Shown in pieces: positions 1 through 9,431 of a DNA stretch of 22,967 nt. The number at the start of each line of letters is the position of its first letter. The stretch's first letter is position 1. The DNA comes from an uncultured Opitutales bacterium (GTDB taxonomy: Bacteria; Verrucomicrobiota; Verrucomicrobiia; Opitutales; Intestinicryptomonadaceae), in the NCBI GenBank assembly GCA_934660865.1, contig CAKUIA010000023.1:1-22967 (forward strand), given 5' to 3'. A program made the translations under genes and the position numbers. Below the pieces are notes generated by a model. The model made no database searches and had not been told where the DNA came from. It was given only the letters and a program-made list of their open reading frames with translations.

Positions 1-72
1 AATCAGCAGAATCAGCAGAATCAGCAGAATCAGCAGAATCAGCAGAATCAGCAGAATCAGCAGAATCAGCAG
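1..72 (+). repeat. Eight perfect tandem copies of the 9-bp unit AATCAGCAG, in frame, encoding (NQQ)8; touches the window edge
   Basis: Direct reading: positions 1-72 are exactly AATCAGCAG x8, and the unit degenerates to AATCAAAAT at 73. The copy number is a lower bound because the array starts at position 1. Confidence 0.95.
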
Positions 73-666
73 AATCAAAATAACGATAATAAGAATAATT
101 CCAATAAAGACAACAAAAACGATTCGCAAAACTCCGAAAAAAACGCAGGCAATTCCGACAAAAACAAGCAGGACAAACAAAACAAACAACAGCAAGACAA
201 GGAGCAACAACAAGACAAAAACAACCCGCAAAATTCGGATAACCCCGACAAGGGCAAGCCCGAAGAACGGCAGGAAAAGCCCCGACAAAACAAAGAGCAA
301 AACGGCCGACAAAATGCCGACAATCAAAATTCTTCGGCAAACGAAAAAGCAGGCCAAGAGCAAAAGCCGGAACAGGCCGTAAGGCAAAACGAAACCGAAA
401 AAGCCCAAAAGCCCGAAAATAAAAATGCGGGCAAAGAAACCGCAACGCAGCCAGAAAAGCAGCAAGCGGCTTCGGCCGCCGCGCAAAAAGAGGGCGAAAA
501 ATCGGAACAAACACAGGCCTACGACTATCGAAAAGAGGAGGGTGCCATGACAAAGCGCGAAGCCTACCAACTTTTAAATTCCGCCTCGCAGGAGGAAAAA
601 TTGCTGCCCTTTAAAGGATACGGAACGGGCAAAGACCGCTATAACCAAAATTACAAGGATTGGTAA
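1..666 (+). CDS. 5'-truncated CDS: C-terminal 221 aa of a Q/N/K/D-rich low-complexity protein, probably the BatC-type member of the bat operon
   Basis: I read frame +1 codon by codon. It is open from the window edge to TAA at 664-666. It is missing from the ORF track because its start lies outside the window. It begins with (NQQ)n, followed by about 150 aa of Q/N/K/D/E/P low complexity. It ends ...MTKREAYQLLNSASQEEKLLPFKGYGTGKDRYNQNYKDW. It stops 4 nt before the batD ATG. From memory, BatC-type proteins carry a Q/N-rich tail plus a short helical C-terminus; this is not verified here. Confidence 0.5.
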   Translation, partial: NQQNQQNQQNQQNQQNQQNQQNQQNQNNDNKNNSNKDNKNDSQNSEKNAGNSDKNKQDKQNKQQQDKEQQQDKNNPQNSDNPDKGKPEERQEKPRQNKEQNGRQNADNQNSSANEKAGQEQKPEQAVRQNETEKAQKPENKNAGKETATQPEKQQAASAAAQKEGEKSEQTQAYDYRKEEGAMTKREAYQLLNSASQEEKLLPFKGYGTGKDRYNQNYKDW

Positions 667-670
667 AAAA

Positions 671-2593
671 ATGAAAAAAATATTTGCAACAATATTTGCG
701 CTTTTTGCGGCGCTTGTTCTTGCCGCACAAAGCGTGCAACCCAAAGGCTTTACGCCCGACAAGGCAAGGCCCAATAGCCCCGTAAACTATGTGCTCGACA
801 TCATAAACGCCGACGCCGTTATTGATATGGACGCCGTAAACGCAAAAGTTCCGCAGGGGTTGCGGTATTTGGGCAGCTCTTCGTCTACAAGCATGAGCTT
901 TTCCACAAGCTCTGTTTCGGGTGTAAAACGCGAAAAACGCCGCACAATGGTATTGACGTTTTCGGCCGAAAAAGAGGGTTCGTATACAATAGGCGAATGG
1001 GCATTAAAGATAGGCGATAAGGAATTTAAAATTCCCCCCAGCACCCTTGTTGTAGACAACAATGCCCCTGCCGCCCAAAACTATGCCGACGACGAGTTTG
1101 CAGATCCCTTTGCCGCGTTCTCATCAATGGGGCAGTCTATGCAAAGCCTTGTTTTCGGCAACGGGGCCCAGCGCGCAGCCCAGCGCCAAAGAGTGGAAAG
1201 AAAAGCCCCCGATTTGTCGAAAATCTTGTCGGCAAGCATAGAAATAAATTCGGACAACAAAGACAAAAAAATATATGTCGGCGAAAGCGTTTTGTGCAAA
1301 ATAGTCTTAAAAATAGACAGGCAGCTTGCGCAAAAAGAGGGCATTAGCCTTTCGTCTGTCGCCCTTTTGCCCGAAAAGACCGACGATTTTACCGCCCAGA
1401 TTACCACAAAAAAGCCCGTGCTTTCGGAAGAGTCGAATTTGCAGTATGTGTGCGTTGAATATTCGGCGGTTATAACGCCAAACAAAGTGGGAACATTTCC
1501 TTTGTCGTATTCGTTTAACGGCGAATTTGCCGTTCAAATGCGCGCGCAAGACGCCTTTATGATGGATATTTTCGAAATGGCGTCGATGCAAAGAAGGGCG
1601 CTGCCATTTAAGATAAACGCCGCTGTAGACGCCCTTAAAGTAGAGCCTTTGCCGCCAAATGCGCCCTTGACTTTTACGGGGGCAATAGGCGCGTTTTCGA
1701 TAGAAAAAGCGGCGCTAAACCCGAGTTCTACAAGTGTCGGCGAGCCGTCTACTTTTTCGTATGTAATTGCGGGCACGGGCAATTTCGGCAGAATAGAGCC
1801 AGCCCAAATTAAAAGCGACGAAAACTGGAAGGTATACAAACCCAAATCTAAATTTTCCGACGAAAGCGACGGCGCAGGCTACATAGGCTCTAAAACATTC
1901 GAGTATATAACCGTTCCCCTGAAAGCCGATTTGGAAACTTTTATCCCGTTCGAATTTACTTTCTTTAATCCGAAAAAGGGCCAATACCAAACCTTGAAAT
2001 GCCCGAAAGTGGAAGCGAGCGTTGCCCCCGCAAAATCCCAAGCGCAAAGCGCGGCAACCCAGGCCGCTATGCAAACTCCGAAAATCGCAAAAACGGGCGA
2101 ATTCGACATAGTGTCCGCAAAAGAGTCGGGCGAAACTTCGCAGGCTTTGTTTGCCCGCGCCGAGTTTTGGATATTCCAGGTGCTTGTGATAATTGCGGTT
2201 ATTGCGGCCATTGTTATGCGCCGAAAAAGCCTTAAGCTAAAAGAAAACCCAATGCTTGCCAAGTTTGTGTCGGAAAGGAAAACGGCCAGGGAAAAACTTA
2301 AAAAAGCCGAACTTTTTGCAAAAGAGGGCAATGTTTCGGGCTTTCTTAGGGAGGGCAAAGAGGCATTGCAGTATGCGCTTGCGGCAGCCACCGCAAAAGA
2401 GCCGCTTTCGGTTTTGGAGAAAGACGCGCAATATATTCTGCAGAGGGATTGCCTTTCGGAATTTTCGCAATGCGTGGGGATTTTGTTTTCGGGGGCCGAC
2501 GCCATAAGATACGGAGAAAAAAGCGAGGCCGATTTCGATTTGCCGACACTTGAAAGGAGCTTGAAATTGCTATGCAAAAAATTGTTGCGCTAG
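671..2593 (+). CDS. batD: BatD family protein (oxygen-tolerance / aerotolerance operon protein D)
   Basis: 640-aa ORF. N-terminal signal peptide MKKIFATIFALFAALVLAAQS. Long periplasmic region. One C-terminal TM segment, FWIFQVLVIIAVIAAIVMRRK, followed by a charged cytoplasmic tail. Size and topology are typical of BatD, and a BatE-like gene follows. Confidence 0.75.
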   Translation: MKKIFATIFALFAALVLAAQSVQPKGFTPDKARPNSPVNYVLDIINADAVIDMDAVNAKVPQGLRYLGSSSSTSMSFSTSSVSGVKREKRRTMVLTFSAEKEGSYTIGEWALKIGDKEFKIPPSTLVVDNNAPAAQNYADDEFADPFAAFSSMGQSMQSLVFGNGAQRAAQRQRVERKAPDLSKILSASIEINSDNKDKKIYVGESVLCKIVLKIDRQLAQKEGISLSSVALLPEKTDDFTAQITTKKPVLSEESNLQYVCVEYSAVITPNKVGTFPLSYSFNGEFAVQMRAQDAFMMDIFEMASMQRRALPFKINAAVDALKVEPLPPNAPLTFTGAIGAFSIEKAALNPSSTSVGEPSTFSYVIAGTGNFGRIEPAQIKSDENWKVYKPKSKFSDESDGAGYIGSKTFEYITVPLKADLETFIPFEFTFFNPKKGQYQTLKCPKVEASVAPAKSQAQSAATQAAMQTPKIAKTGEFDIVSAKESGETSQALFARAEFWIFQVLVIIAVIAAIVMRRKSLKLKENPMLAKFVSERKTAREKLKKAELFAKEGNVSGFLREGKEALQYALAAATAKEPLSVLEKDAQYILQRDCLSEFSQCVGILFSGADAIRYGEKSEADFDLPTLERSLKLLCKKLLR

Positions 2594-3303
2594 TTTTTCT
2601 TTTTGCGTGTTCGCTTGGCGCATTTGCGCAAAGTGCAAACGAATATTTTTCGCTTGGGGTAAACGCCTATACAAAGGGCGATTATGCCTCGGCAAAAGAC
2701 TATTTTGCAAAATCGCTTGAAAAGGCCGACACGCCCCAATGCAACTACAACCTTGCAAACGCGTGCCTAAAACTCGGGCAAAACGGTTTGGCAAAGGCGC
2801 ATTATATGCGCGCGCTATACGAAATGCCCCGCTTTAGGGAGGCGCAGTCGAACCTGAACTCGCTTAACAAAAAAACGGGATTCGACAATTTTTCGTTTTC
2901 GAAATACGACGAGTTTTTAAACGAGCTTTCCTACAACGAATGGGTTGTTATTGCGGCGATTTCCGTTTGGGGGGCGATTTTTCTGTTGGTTGTTTTACCC
3001 CTTATGCGCAAAAGCGCGCCGTGGCAGATATTTTTGGGCATAATACTTTTGCTTGTATTTTTTGTGTCGGCCTGCGGGGCCTATTATTGGCGCGAATATT
3101 TAAACTGCGTTGTGTCGGTTGGCGGCGAATCGCAGCTAAGGCTTTCGCCCGCCGCCGAAAGCCCCGTTGTTGCAACGTTAAAGGAGGGGCAGCTTGCCGG
3201 CATTGCGGCGCAAAACAACGGCTTTCTTTTGCTTGAAACAAAAGGCGGCAAAAAAGGCTGGGCTAAAGCAGACGCAAAAACATTCGAGAAAGTAGCCCCG
3301 TAA
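2572..3303 (+). CDS. batE: BatE-like protein: signal peptide, TPR, two TM helices and a C-terminal SH3b-like domain
   Basis: 243-aa ORF. Signal peptide MQKIVALVFLFACSLGAFAQS. TPR-like segment YFSLGVNAYTKGDYASAKDYFAKSLE...NLANACLKLGQNGLAKAHYMRAL. Two hydrophobic helices, WVVIAAISVWGAIFLLVVLPL and IFLGIILLLVFFVSACGAYYW. The C-terminus LRLSPAAESPVVATLKEGQLAGI...GWAKAD resembles bacterial SH3. AAAGGAG at 2553-2559 sits 12 nt upstream of the ATG. It overlaps batD by 22 nt. Confidence 0.65.
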   Translation: MQKIVALVFLFACSLGAFAQSANEYFSLGVNAYTKGDYASAKDYFAKSLEKADTPQCNYNLANACLKLGQNGLAKAHYMRALYEMPRFREAQSNLNSLNKKTGFDNFSFSKYDEFLNELSYNEWVVIAAISVWGAIFLLVVLPLMRKSAPWQIFLGIILLLVFFVSACGAYYWREYLNCVVSVGGESQLRLSPAAESPVVATLKEGQLAGIAAQNNGFLLLETKGGKKGWAKADAKTFEKVAP

Positions 3304-3326
3304 GAAACGGGCTTGTGCCCGCGCGC

Positions 3327-3367
3327 AAAAAAAGCAGACACGCATTTTTGTGTCTGCTTTTTTGTTT
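3327..3367. terminator. Bidirectional rho-independent terminator between convergent batE and rho
   Basis: Stem GCAGACAC (3334-3341) pairs with GTGTCTGC (3350-3357) around an 8-nt loop. An A-run lies upstream and TTTTTTGTTTTTTT downstream, so a hairpin plus U-tract forms on either strand. Confidence 0.85.
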
Positions 3368-3383
3368 TTTTGCTGTGTTGCGT

Positions 3384-4517
3384 CTATAAAATAACGTTTA
3401 AAAATTCGGCATTGTTTTTTGTCTGTTTCATTCTTTCCAGCAGGGTTTCGGTTGCGTCTTCGACCTTTGCGCCCGCCATTGCCCTGCGCAAAAACGACGA
3501 GGCTTCAAGCTCTTTGTCGCTAAGCAAAAGCTCCTCTTTTCTCGTCCCCGAAGCGGCAAGGTTTATTGCGGGCCAAATTCGCTGCTCTGCAAGCTTTCTG
3601 TCGAGCACCATTTCCATATTGCCCGTGCCCTTAAATTCCTGAAAAATCAATTCGTCCATTCTCGAGCCGGTCTCTATCAACGCCGAGGCGATTATGGTAA
3701 GCGAGCCTCCTTCTTCGGTGTTCCTTGCCGACGAAAATATTTGGCGCGGCCTTTCAAGCGCCCTAATGTCGAGCCCGCCCGACATTGTTCTGCCGCCTCT
3801 CGATTTTGCCGCATTGTGCGCCCTCGACAGCCTTGTAAGCGAGTCCATAAGCAAAACGGCGTCTTTGCCCGCTTCGACTATGTTTTTTGCGCGGTCTATC
3901 GCCAGGTCCGCAACACGTATGTGCGACTCCAAATTTTCGTCGTTCGACGACGCGTATATTTCGGCCTGCGGCAAGTCGCGCTTAAAGTCGGTAACCTCTT
4001 CGGGGCGCTCGTCTACGAGAACAACAAGCACCTTGCATTCGGGGTGGTTTTCCATAATGCCGAAAGCGATGTCTTTTAAAAGGGTGGTTTTCCCCGTTCT
4101 GGGCGGGGCAACAATAAGCCCGCGCGTTCCCTTGCCTATGGGGCAAAAGATGTCTATAACGCGGTTCGTAAGGCGGCCGTCTTTGGTTTCAAGCCTAAGC
4201 TTTTTGTCGGGCGAAATTGTTGTAAGGCTTTTAAAGGGCAGGCACCTTTTGCGCTCTATGCACTTTATACCGTCTACGGTTTCTATAAAGCGCACTTTGG
4301 GGTTGTTGTGCCCGTTCCTTATATGGGCCGTGGCCTCTATAAACTGCCCCCTTTTAAGGTTGAATTTTCTTATGAGGTCTTTCGATACAAAGGGGTCGGT
4401 CGGTCGCGTTTTGCCGTTTCTGGCAATGTCCAACAAAATGCCGTTTTGGTTCGCCATAAGCTCGAACACGCCCGACACTTTCATTATTTGCAAATTTTCG
4501 CTATTGTTATCTTCCAT
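3384..4517 (-). CDS. rho: Transcription termination factor Rho (short form, 377 aa)
   Basis: Collinear with E. coli Rho from the OB-fold region onward. Matches include Walker A GLIVAPPRTGKTTLL, VLLVDERPEEVT, DSLTRLSRAHN, GGSLTIIASALIETGSRMDELIFQEFKGTGNME and WPAINLAASGTRKEELL. Confidence 0.95.
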   Translation of the reverse strand: MEDNNSENLQIMKVSGVFELMANQNGILLDIARNGKTRPTDPFVSKDLIRKFNLKRGQFIEATAHIRNGHNNPKVRFIETVDGIKCIERKRCLPFKSLTTISPDKKLRLETKDGRLTNRVIDIFCPIGKGTRGLIVAPPRTGKTTLLKDIAFGIMENHPECKVLVVLVDERPEEVTDFKRDLPQAEIYASSNDENLESHIRVADLAIDRAKNIVEAGKDAVLLMDSLTRLSRAHNAAKSRGGRTMSGGLDIRALERPRQIFSSARNTEEGGSLTIIASALIETGSRMDELIFQEFKGTGNMEMVLDRKLAEQRIWPAINLAASGTRKEELLLSDKELEASSFLRRAMAGAKVEDATETLLERMKQTKNNAEFLNVIL

Positions 4518-4586
4518 ATCCAGGTATTTTGGCGCGGCAAACCCTCTTTAGAGAAAAAATCCTTTACGGGTATCTTTTGCCGCCCG

Positions 4587-4614
4587 ATTATTAAACAGGG
4601 CAAGGCCAATACAA
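4587..4614 (-). promoter_or_regulatory. Candidate sigma70-type promoter for rho
   Basis: On the minus strand: TTGTAT (4614-4609), a 16-nt spacer, then AATAAT (4592-4587). The predicted leader to the rho ATG at 4517 is about 60 nt. This is a pattern match only. Confidence 0.3.
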
Positions 4615-4680
4615 AATTGCCAATGCCGCTAAAAACAGTGTAATTGTTTTATTTATCGGCCTTAAAATCAAGCAAAAAAG

Positions 4681-4709
4681 TTGACGAACGCCTTTGGCGG
4701 TTTAATTAT
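4681..4709 (+). promoter_or_regulatory. Candidate sigma70-type promoter for sufS, abutting the start codon
   Basis: TTGACG (4681-4686), a 17-nt spacer, then AATTAT (4704-4709). Only 11 nt separate the -10 element from the sufS ATG at 4721, and that stretch (agcgcataaca) has no SD. Confidence 0.4.
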
Positions 4710-4720
4710 AGCGCATAACA

Positions 4721-5944
<1,224 letters not shown>

Positions 5945-5963
5945 TTTTTTGCGGCTTTTTTAC

Positions 5964-6005
5964 AAAAAATGCGGCGCATAAAAATTTATGCGCCGCATTT
6001 TTTTG
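5964..6005. terminator. Bidirectional rho-independent terminator between convergent sufS and the FAD-oxidoreductase gene
   Basis: A perfect 12-bp stem: ATGCGGCGCATA (5969-5980) pairs with TATGCGCCGCAT (5987-5998) around a 6-nt loop. It is flanked by an A-run on the left and a T-run on the right. Confidence 0.9.
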
Positions 6006-6022
6006 TGTTCTAATTTAAGGGT

Positions 6023-7087
6023 TTATTCCCTAAAAAATTTTCTTATATGGCGGGCAATGTCGGCTTGGGGTTCTATCGGCGAATTGTCCGTAAGATATTT
6101 TGCAAACATATCCGCAAAAAATGGGGTAAGCGCATAGCCTTTCGAGCCGAAGCCGTTGAATATGTGCAGATTTTTCAACTTCGGGTGCGTGCCCAAAAAG
6201 GGGCGCGTTGTTCTAGTGCACGGGCGCACCCCCGCCGTATGCGACAAAACTTCAAGTTCGGGGCAATCTTTTAAAACGAGTTTTACCGCCTTTAGAATTT
6301 CGGTTTTGCCCTCTTTTGTGGGCAGCTGGTTAAAGTTTTGCCTGTCCCACGTAGAGCCGCAACGGAATGTGTTTTCGCCCAGTCTTATAAGCCACTTTTC
6401 TTTGTGGATAATTTCGGGCGGAAGCTCTACATTGCCTTTAAGCTCTAAAATTTCGCCCTTTGCGGGAGAAAATGGAAGCCAATTAAAAAAGGGATTTTGC
6501 ATTGCCCTATAGCCCTCGCAAAAAACGGCGGCTTTGGCGGTAAATTCTTCGTAGCGCACAAAATTTTCGCAAACTTCAAGCTTTTCAAAATCAAAACCGC
6601 GCAAAAAATACAGGTTTTGGCTTTCGAGATATTCTTTTGCCTTTTTGCAAAAAATTTCGGTTTGAACTTTCGATACGTTTTCGATGTAAAATGCGCCGAA
6701 AGGGTCTTTTATTGTCTTTAGCGAGTTCGGCGGCAACGAGCCTCTAAGGAAAGGCGCGTACTTTTCGTCGTCGTGCCTGGTGTGCCAAAGGGCGTTTTCC
6801 TCTTGCGATTTGCATACCTGCAAAATTCTTGTTTTGCGGAAAAAGTTTGCGTTAAAAAGGCGCTCAAGCTCGGGGTAATATTCGTTTGCATAGGGCATTG
6901 CGTATTCTGCAAACCAGCTTTTTACCATGCGTTTTCCCGTAACGGGGTTTAGCGCTCCCGCAGCCACCAGGCTGGCGCAGGTTTTTTGCCCGTCGTCTAA
7001 AACCGCAATTTTTAGCCCATGCTTTCTTAAGTGCATTGCCAGGTTTACGCCCGCAACCCCGCAGCCTATAATCAAAAAGTCTAGCAT
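6023..7087 (-). CDS. FAD-dependent oxidoreductase (DAO / glycine-oxidase-like family)
   Basis: 354 aa. N-terminal Rossmann dinucleotide motif DFLIIGCGVAGVNLAMHLRKHGLKIAVLDD. Family-typical C-terminal G-F-G-S-K-G-Y segment (FNGFGSKGYALTP). The substrate cannot be inferred. Confidence 0.7.
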   Translation of the reverse strand: MLDFLIIGCGVAGVNLAMHLRKHGLKIAVLDDGQKTCASLVAAGALNPVTGKRMVKSWFAEYAMPYANEYYPELERLFNANFFRKTRILQVCKSQEENALWHTRHDDEKYAPFLRGSLPPNSLKTIKDPFGAFYIENVSKVQTEIFCKKAKEYLESQNLYFLRGFDFEKLEVCENFVRYEEFTAKAAVFCEGYRAMQNPFFNWLPFSPAKGEILELKGNVELPPEIIHKEKWLIRLGENTFRCGSTWDRQNFNQLPTKEGKTEILKAVKLVLKDCPELEVLSHTAGVRPCTRTTRPFLGTHPKLKNLHIFNGFGSKGYALTPFFADMFAKYLTDNSPIEPQADIARHIRKFFRE

Positions 7088-7090
7088 TTT

Positions 7091-8107
7091 TTAAAAGAAT
7101 GTGCGCTGAATGTTGGGGTTGTCTAGCCCGATTAAACGCCACGCCTTGTCGGTTAAAATTCTGCCCTGCGGGGTGCGCTGTATAAAGCCCTCCTGTATTA
7201 AAAACGGCTCGTGAACCTCCTCTAAAGTGTCGGCCTCTTCGCCCACTGCAACGGCAACGGTGCCAATGCCTACGGGGCCGCCCTTGTAGTTTAGCCCCAT
7301 AACCTTTAGAATTCTAAAGTCCATATCGTCCAGCCCGTTTTCGTCTATCTCCAAAAGCTCTAGCGCGTTTTTGGCCGCATTTTCGTCTATAAGCGAGTTG
7401 TTGTTTTCCTGCGCGTAGTCGCGCACAAATTTAACAAGGTTGTTTACAATTCTGGGCGTTCCGCGCGACCTTCTTGCAATTTCGCTGCAGCCGCCCTCGG
7501 TAATGTTGGCGTTTAAAAGCCCGCATGTTCTTTTTACGATTTGCTCCAGGTCTTTTCTTGAATAGTATTCCAGGCGGCTTTGAAGCGTAAAGCGGCTGCG
7601 CAGTGGGGCGGTAAGCAGCCCCGTGCGGGTGGTAGCGCCTACCAGCGTAAATTTCGGTATGTTAAGCCTTACGCTGCGCGCGTTGGGACCCTGGTCTATC
7701 ATAATATCTATGCGGAAATCCTCCATGGCCGAATACAGATATTCCTCGACCGAGCGCGGAATGCGGTGTATTTCGTCTATAAAAAGAATGTCGCCCTCTT
7801 CGAGATTGGTTAAAAGCCCCGCCAAGTCGGAGGCCTTTTCTACAACCGGGCCGCTTGTAATCTTTATTTGCCTTTGCATTTCGTTTGCCAAAATCAATGC
7901 AAGGGTGGTTTTCCCCAATCCCGGCGGGCCGTGCAGCAGAATGTGGCTTAAAACGTCGCCCCTTTTTTTTGCGGCGTTTACCATAATCTTAAGGCGCTCT
8001 ATGGTTTTTGGCTGTCCCTTAAAAGAGTCGAACGAGGGCGGACGCAAAGAGTTGTCCAAATCTTTTTCTTCAAGAGAATGGTTTATAAAGTCCGCACCTT
8101 TTTCCAT
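7091..8107 (-). CDS. ruvB: Holliday junction branch-migration ATPase RuvB
   Basis: 338 aa. LRPPSFDSFKGQ, Walker A LHGPPGLGKTTLA, Walker B ILFIDEIHR, sensor region GATTRTGLLTAPLRSRF, and a winged-helix C-terminus (EPFLIQEGFIQRTPQGR). Confidence 0.95.
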   Translation of the reverse strand: MEKGADFINHSLEEKDLDNSLRPPSFDSFKGQPKTIERLKIMVNAAKKRGDVLSHILLHGPPGLGKTTLALILANEMQRQIKITSGPVVEKASDLAGLLTNLEEGDILFIDEIHRIPRSVEEYLYSAMEDFRIDIMIDQGPNARSVRLNIPKFTLVGATTRTGLLTAPLRSRFTLQSRLEYYSRKDLEQIVKRTCGLLNANITEGGCSEIARRSRGTPRIVNNLVKFVRDYAQENNNSLIDENAAKNALELLEIDENGLDDMDFRILKVMGLNYKGGPVGIGTVAVAVGEEADTLEEVHEPFLIQEGFIQRTPQGRILTDKAWRLIGLDNPNIQRTFF

Positions 8108-8119
8108 GGAAATATAAAA

Positions 8120-8545
8120 TCAAATTTGCCTGCCGCGTAGCAAGCCATTTCTTAGGGGTATGTCTTCGTGGAACGAAAAGTCTACAATGTTGCCTTTGTC
8201 GTCGCGGTAGGCTTCGAATATGCAGTATTTTAAACCGCTAAATTCGTGCTCGCAAGTGGCGGTATATCTTTTTAGGCAGGCGTTTACGCTGCGCAATTTA
8301 GACGGTATAACCGCGCGGTTATAGCCCGAAACCAAAGCCGTTTGGTTTCTCGCTTTAACTTCTATTGCAATAAGCAAATTTTCGGACTTGTCGCAGGCGA
8401 TAATGTCGGCTTCGTAGTTTTTGTAGCGGTAGTTTCTGGCCAGAATTTTATAGGGCGTATGCTTTTTTATGTAGTTGGCCGCAAAGTCTTCGGCGCGCTG
8501 GCCGAAGCTTTTGCGTTTAAAAATTTTTGTTAGAAAGCCGAACAT
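8120..8545 (-). CDS. yraN: YraN family (UPF0102) endonuclease-like protein
   Basis: 141 aa. Core G-x-x-A-E...ILARNYRYKNYEADIIA...LIAIEVKAR matches the PD-(D/E)xK-like YraN signature. It lies 12 nt upstream of ruvB on the same strand. Confidence 0.7.
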   Translation of the reverse strand: MFGFLTKIFKRKSFGQRAEDFAANYIKKHTPYKILARNYRYKNYEADIIACDKSENLLIAIEVKARNQTALVSGYNRAVIPSKLRSVNACLKRYTATCEHEFSGLKYCIFEAYRDDKGNIVDFSFHEDIPLRNGLLRGRQI

Positions 8546-8583
8546 TTGCCCGAAAATTTTGTTTGCCGAAAGGCGGGTTGTGG

Positions 8584-8616
8584 CAAAAAAAATGCGAGCG
8601 GTTGCCCGCCCGCATT
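8584..8616 (-). terminator. Rho-independent terminator downstream of tpiA
   Basis: The minus-strand transcript forms ATGCGGGCGG-GCAA-CCGCTCGCAT (10 bp, including one G-U pair) followed by T7-8. In plus coordinates the stem arms are 8592-8601 and 8606-8615. It lies 21 nt after the tpiA stop. Confidence 0.8.
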
Positions 8617-8636
8617 CTTTTGCTCAAAAAAGGCTA

Positions 8637-9401
8637 TTAAGCCAATTTTTTGGCCGAATTGATAAGGCTTTCGAAAGAATCCGCCTTAAGGGCTGCGCCG
8701 CCGATTAGGCCGCCGTCGATGTCTTTTTGAGCCAAAAGATTGTCGGCATTTTCGGGTTTCATAGAGCCGCCGTAAAGAATCTGAATCTTTTCGGCTTCGG
8801 TGCCAAACTGGTTGGCGAGCATTTTTCTGATTTCGGCGTGAACTTCCTGCGCCATTTCGGGGGTTGCGGTTTTGCCCGTGCCTATTGCCCATACGGGTTC
8901 GTAGGCGATAACAACCTTCGAAGCGTCTTCTACCGAAACGTCTTTTAAGCCGCCTTCAACTTGCGCTTTGATAACGGCAATGGTTTCGTTGGCTTCGCGC
9001 TGCGCCAAAGTTTCGCCAACGCAGAGAATGGGCTTCAGGTTTGCAGCCAATGCAACCTTTACCTTCTCGTTGATGAATTCGTCGCTTTCCTTGAAGTATT
9101 GGCGGCGTTCGCTGTGGCCCAAGATAACGTAGGTGCAGTGCAAAGCCCTGAGCATTTCGGCCGAGATTTCGCCCGTGTATGCGCCGCTTGCCTTCGGGTA
9201 AAGGTTTTGCGCGCCGAGCTTTACGTTCGAAGAACCCAAGCCCCTAAGAGCCGATTCCAATGCCGTGAAAGTCGGGCAAATCAAAACTTCTACGCTGTTG
9301 TCCGAGCCTACTTTTTCGGCTATGGCTTTTGCCAATTCAAAGGCCTCGTCGGAGGTCTTGTTCATTTTCCAGTTGCCTGCAATGAGATATTTGCGTGCCA
9401 T
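8637..9401 (-). CDS. tpiA: Triose-phosphate isomerase
   Basis: 254 aa. AGNWKMN, catalytic region ILGHSERR, and AYEPVWAIGTG. Confidence 0.95.
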   Translation of the reverse strand: MARKYLIAGNWKMNKTSDEAFELAKAIAEKVGSDNSVEVLICPTFTALESALRGLGSSNVKLGAQNLYPKASGAYTGEISAEMLRALHCTYVILGHSERRQYFKESDEFINEKVKVALAANLKPILCVGETLAQREANETIAVIKAQVEGGLKDVSVEDASKVVIAYEPVWAIGTGKTATPEMAQEVHAEIRKMLANQFGTEAEKIQILYGGSMKPENADNLLAQKDIDGGLIGGAALKADSFESLINSAKKLA

Positions 9402-9431
9402 TTTATATATTCTTTCTGTTTTGTGTTTAAA

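Noticed and set aside
1-72. The tandem 9-bp repeat might be a CRISPR array or a non-coding satellite.
   Set aside because: The units are contiguous with no spacers. They are only 9 bp long and lie in an uninterrupted reading frame encoding (NQQ)8 that continues to a stop at 664-666. This is a coding microsatellite.
75-323. Tracked 82-aa minus-strand ORF, rich in Cys, Leu, Phe and Ser.
   Set aside because: It is the antisense shadow of the A-rich Q/N/K-coding region. Its low-complexity composition mirrors the sense strand, and it has no start context.
3694-4551. Long antisense ORFs opposite well-supported genes. The 285-aa ORF opposite rho is one. Others are 1879-2577 opposite batD, 7623-8117 opposite ruvB, 9469-10335 opposite pgk, 11468-12040 opposite gap, 13466-14098 opposite the Lpt-like gene and 19131-19865 opposite alr.
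   Set aside because: Each lies fully inside a gene with unmistakable conserved motifs on the other strand. Their translations are low-complexity (S/F/L/A/R-rich) with no recognisable motifs. They are typical shadow ORFs caused by codon bias.
7091-8545. The YraN-like nuclease next to an AAA+ ATPase might be a two-gene defence system.
   Set aside because: The ATPase is unambiguous RuvB, with full-length conserved motifs. YraN/UPF0102 is a widespread housekeeping-type small protein. Nothing suggests a mobile or accessory context.
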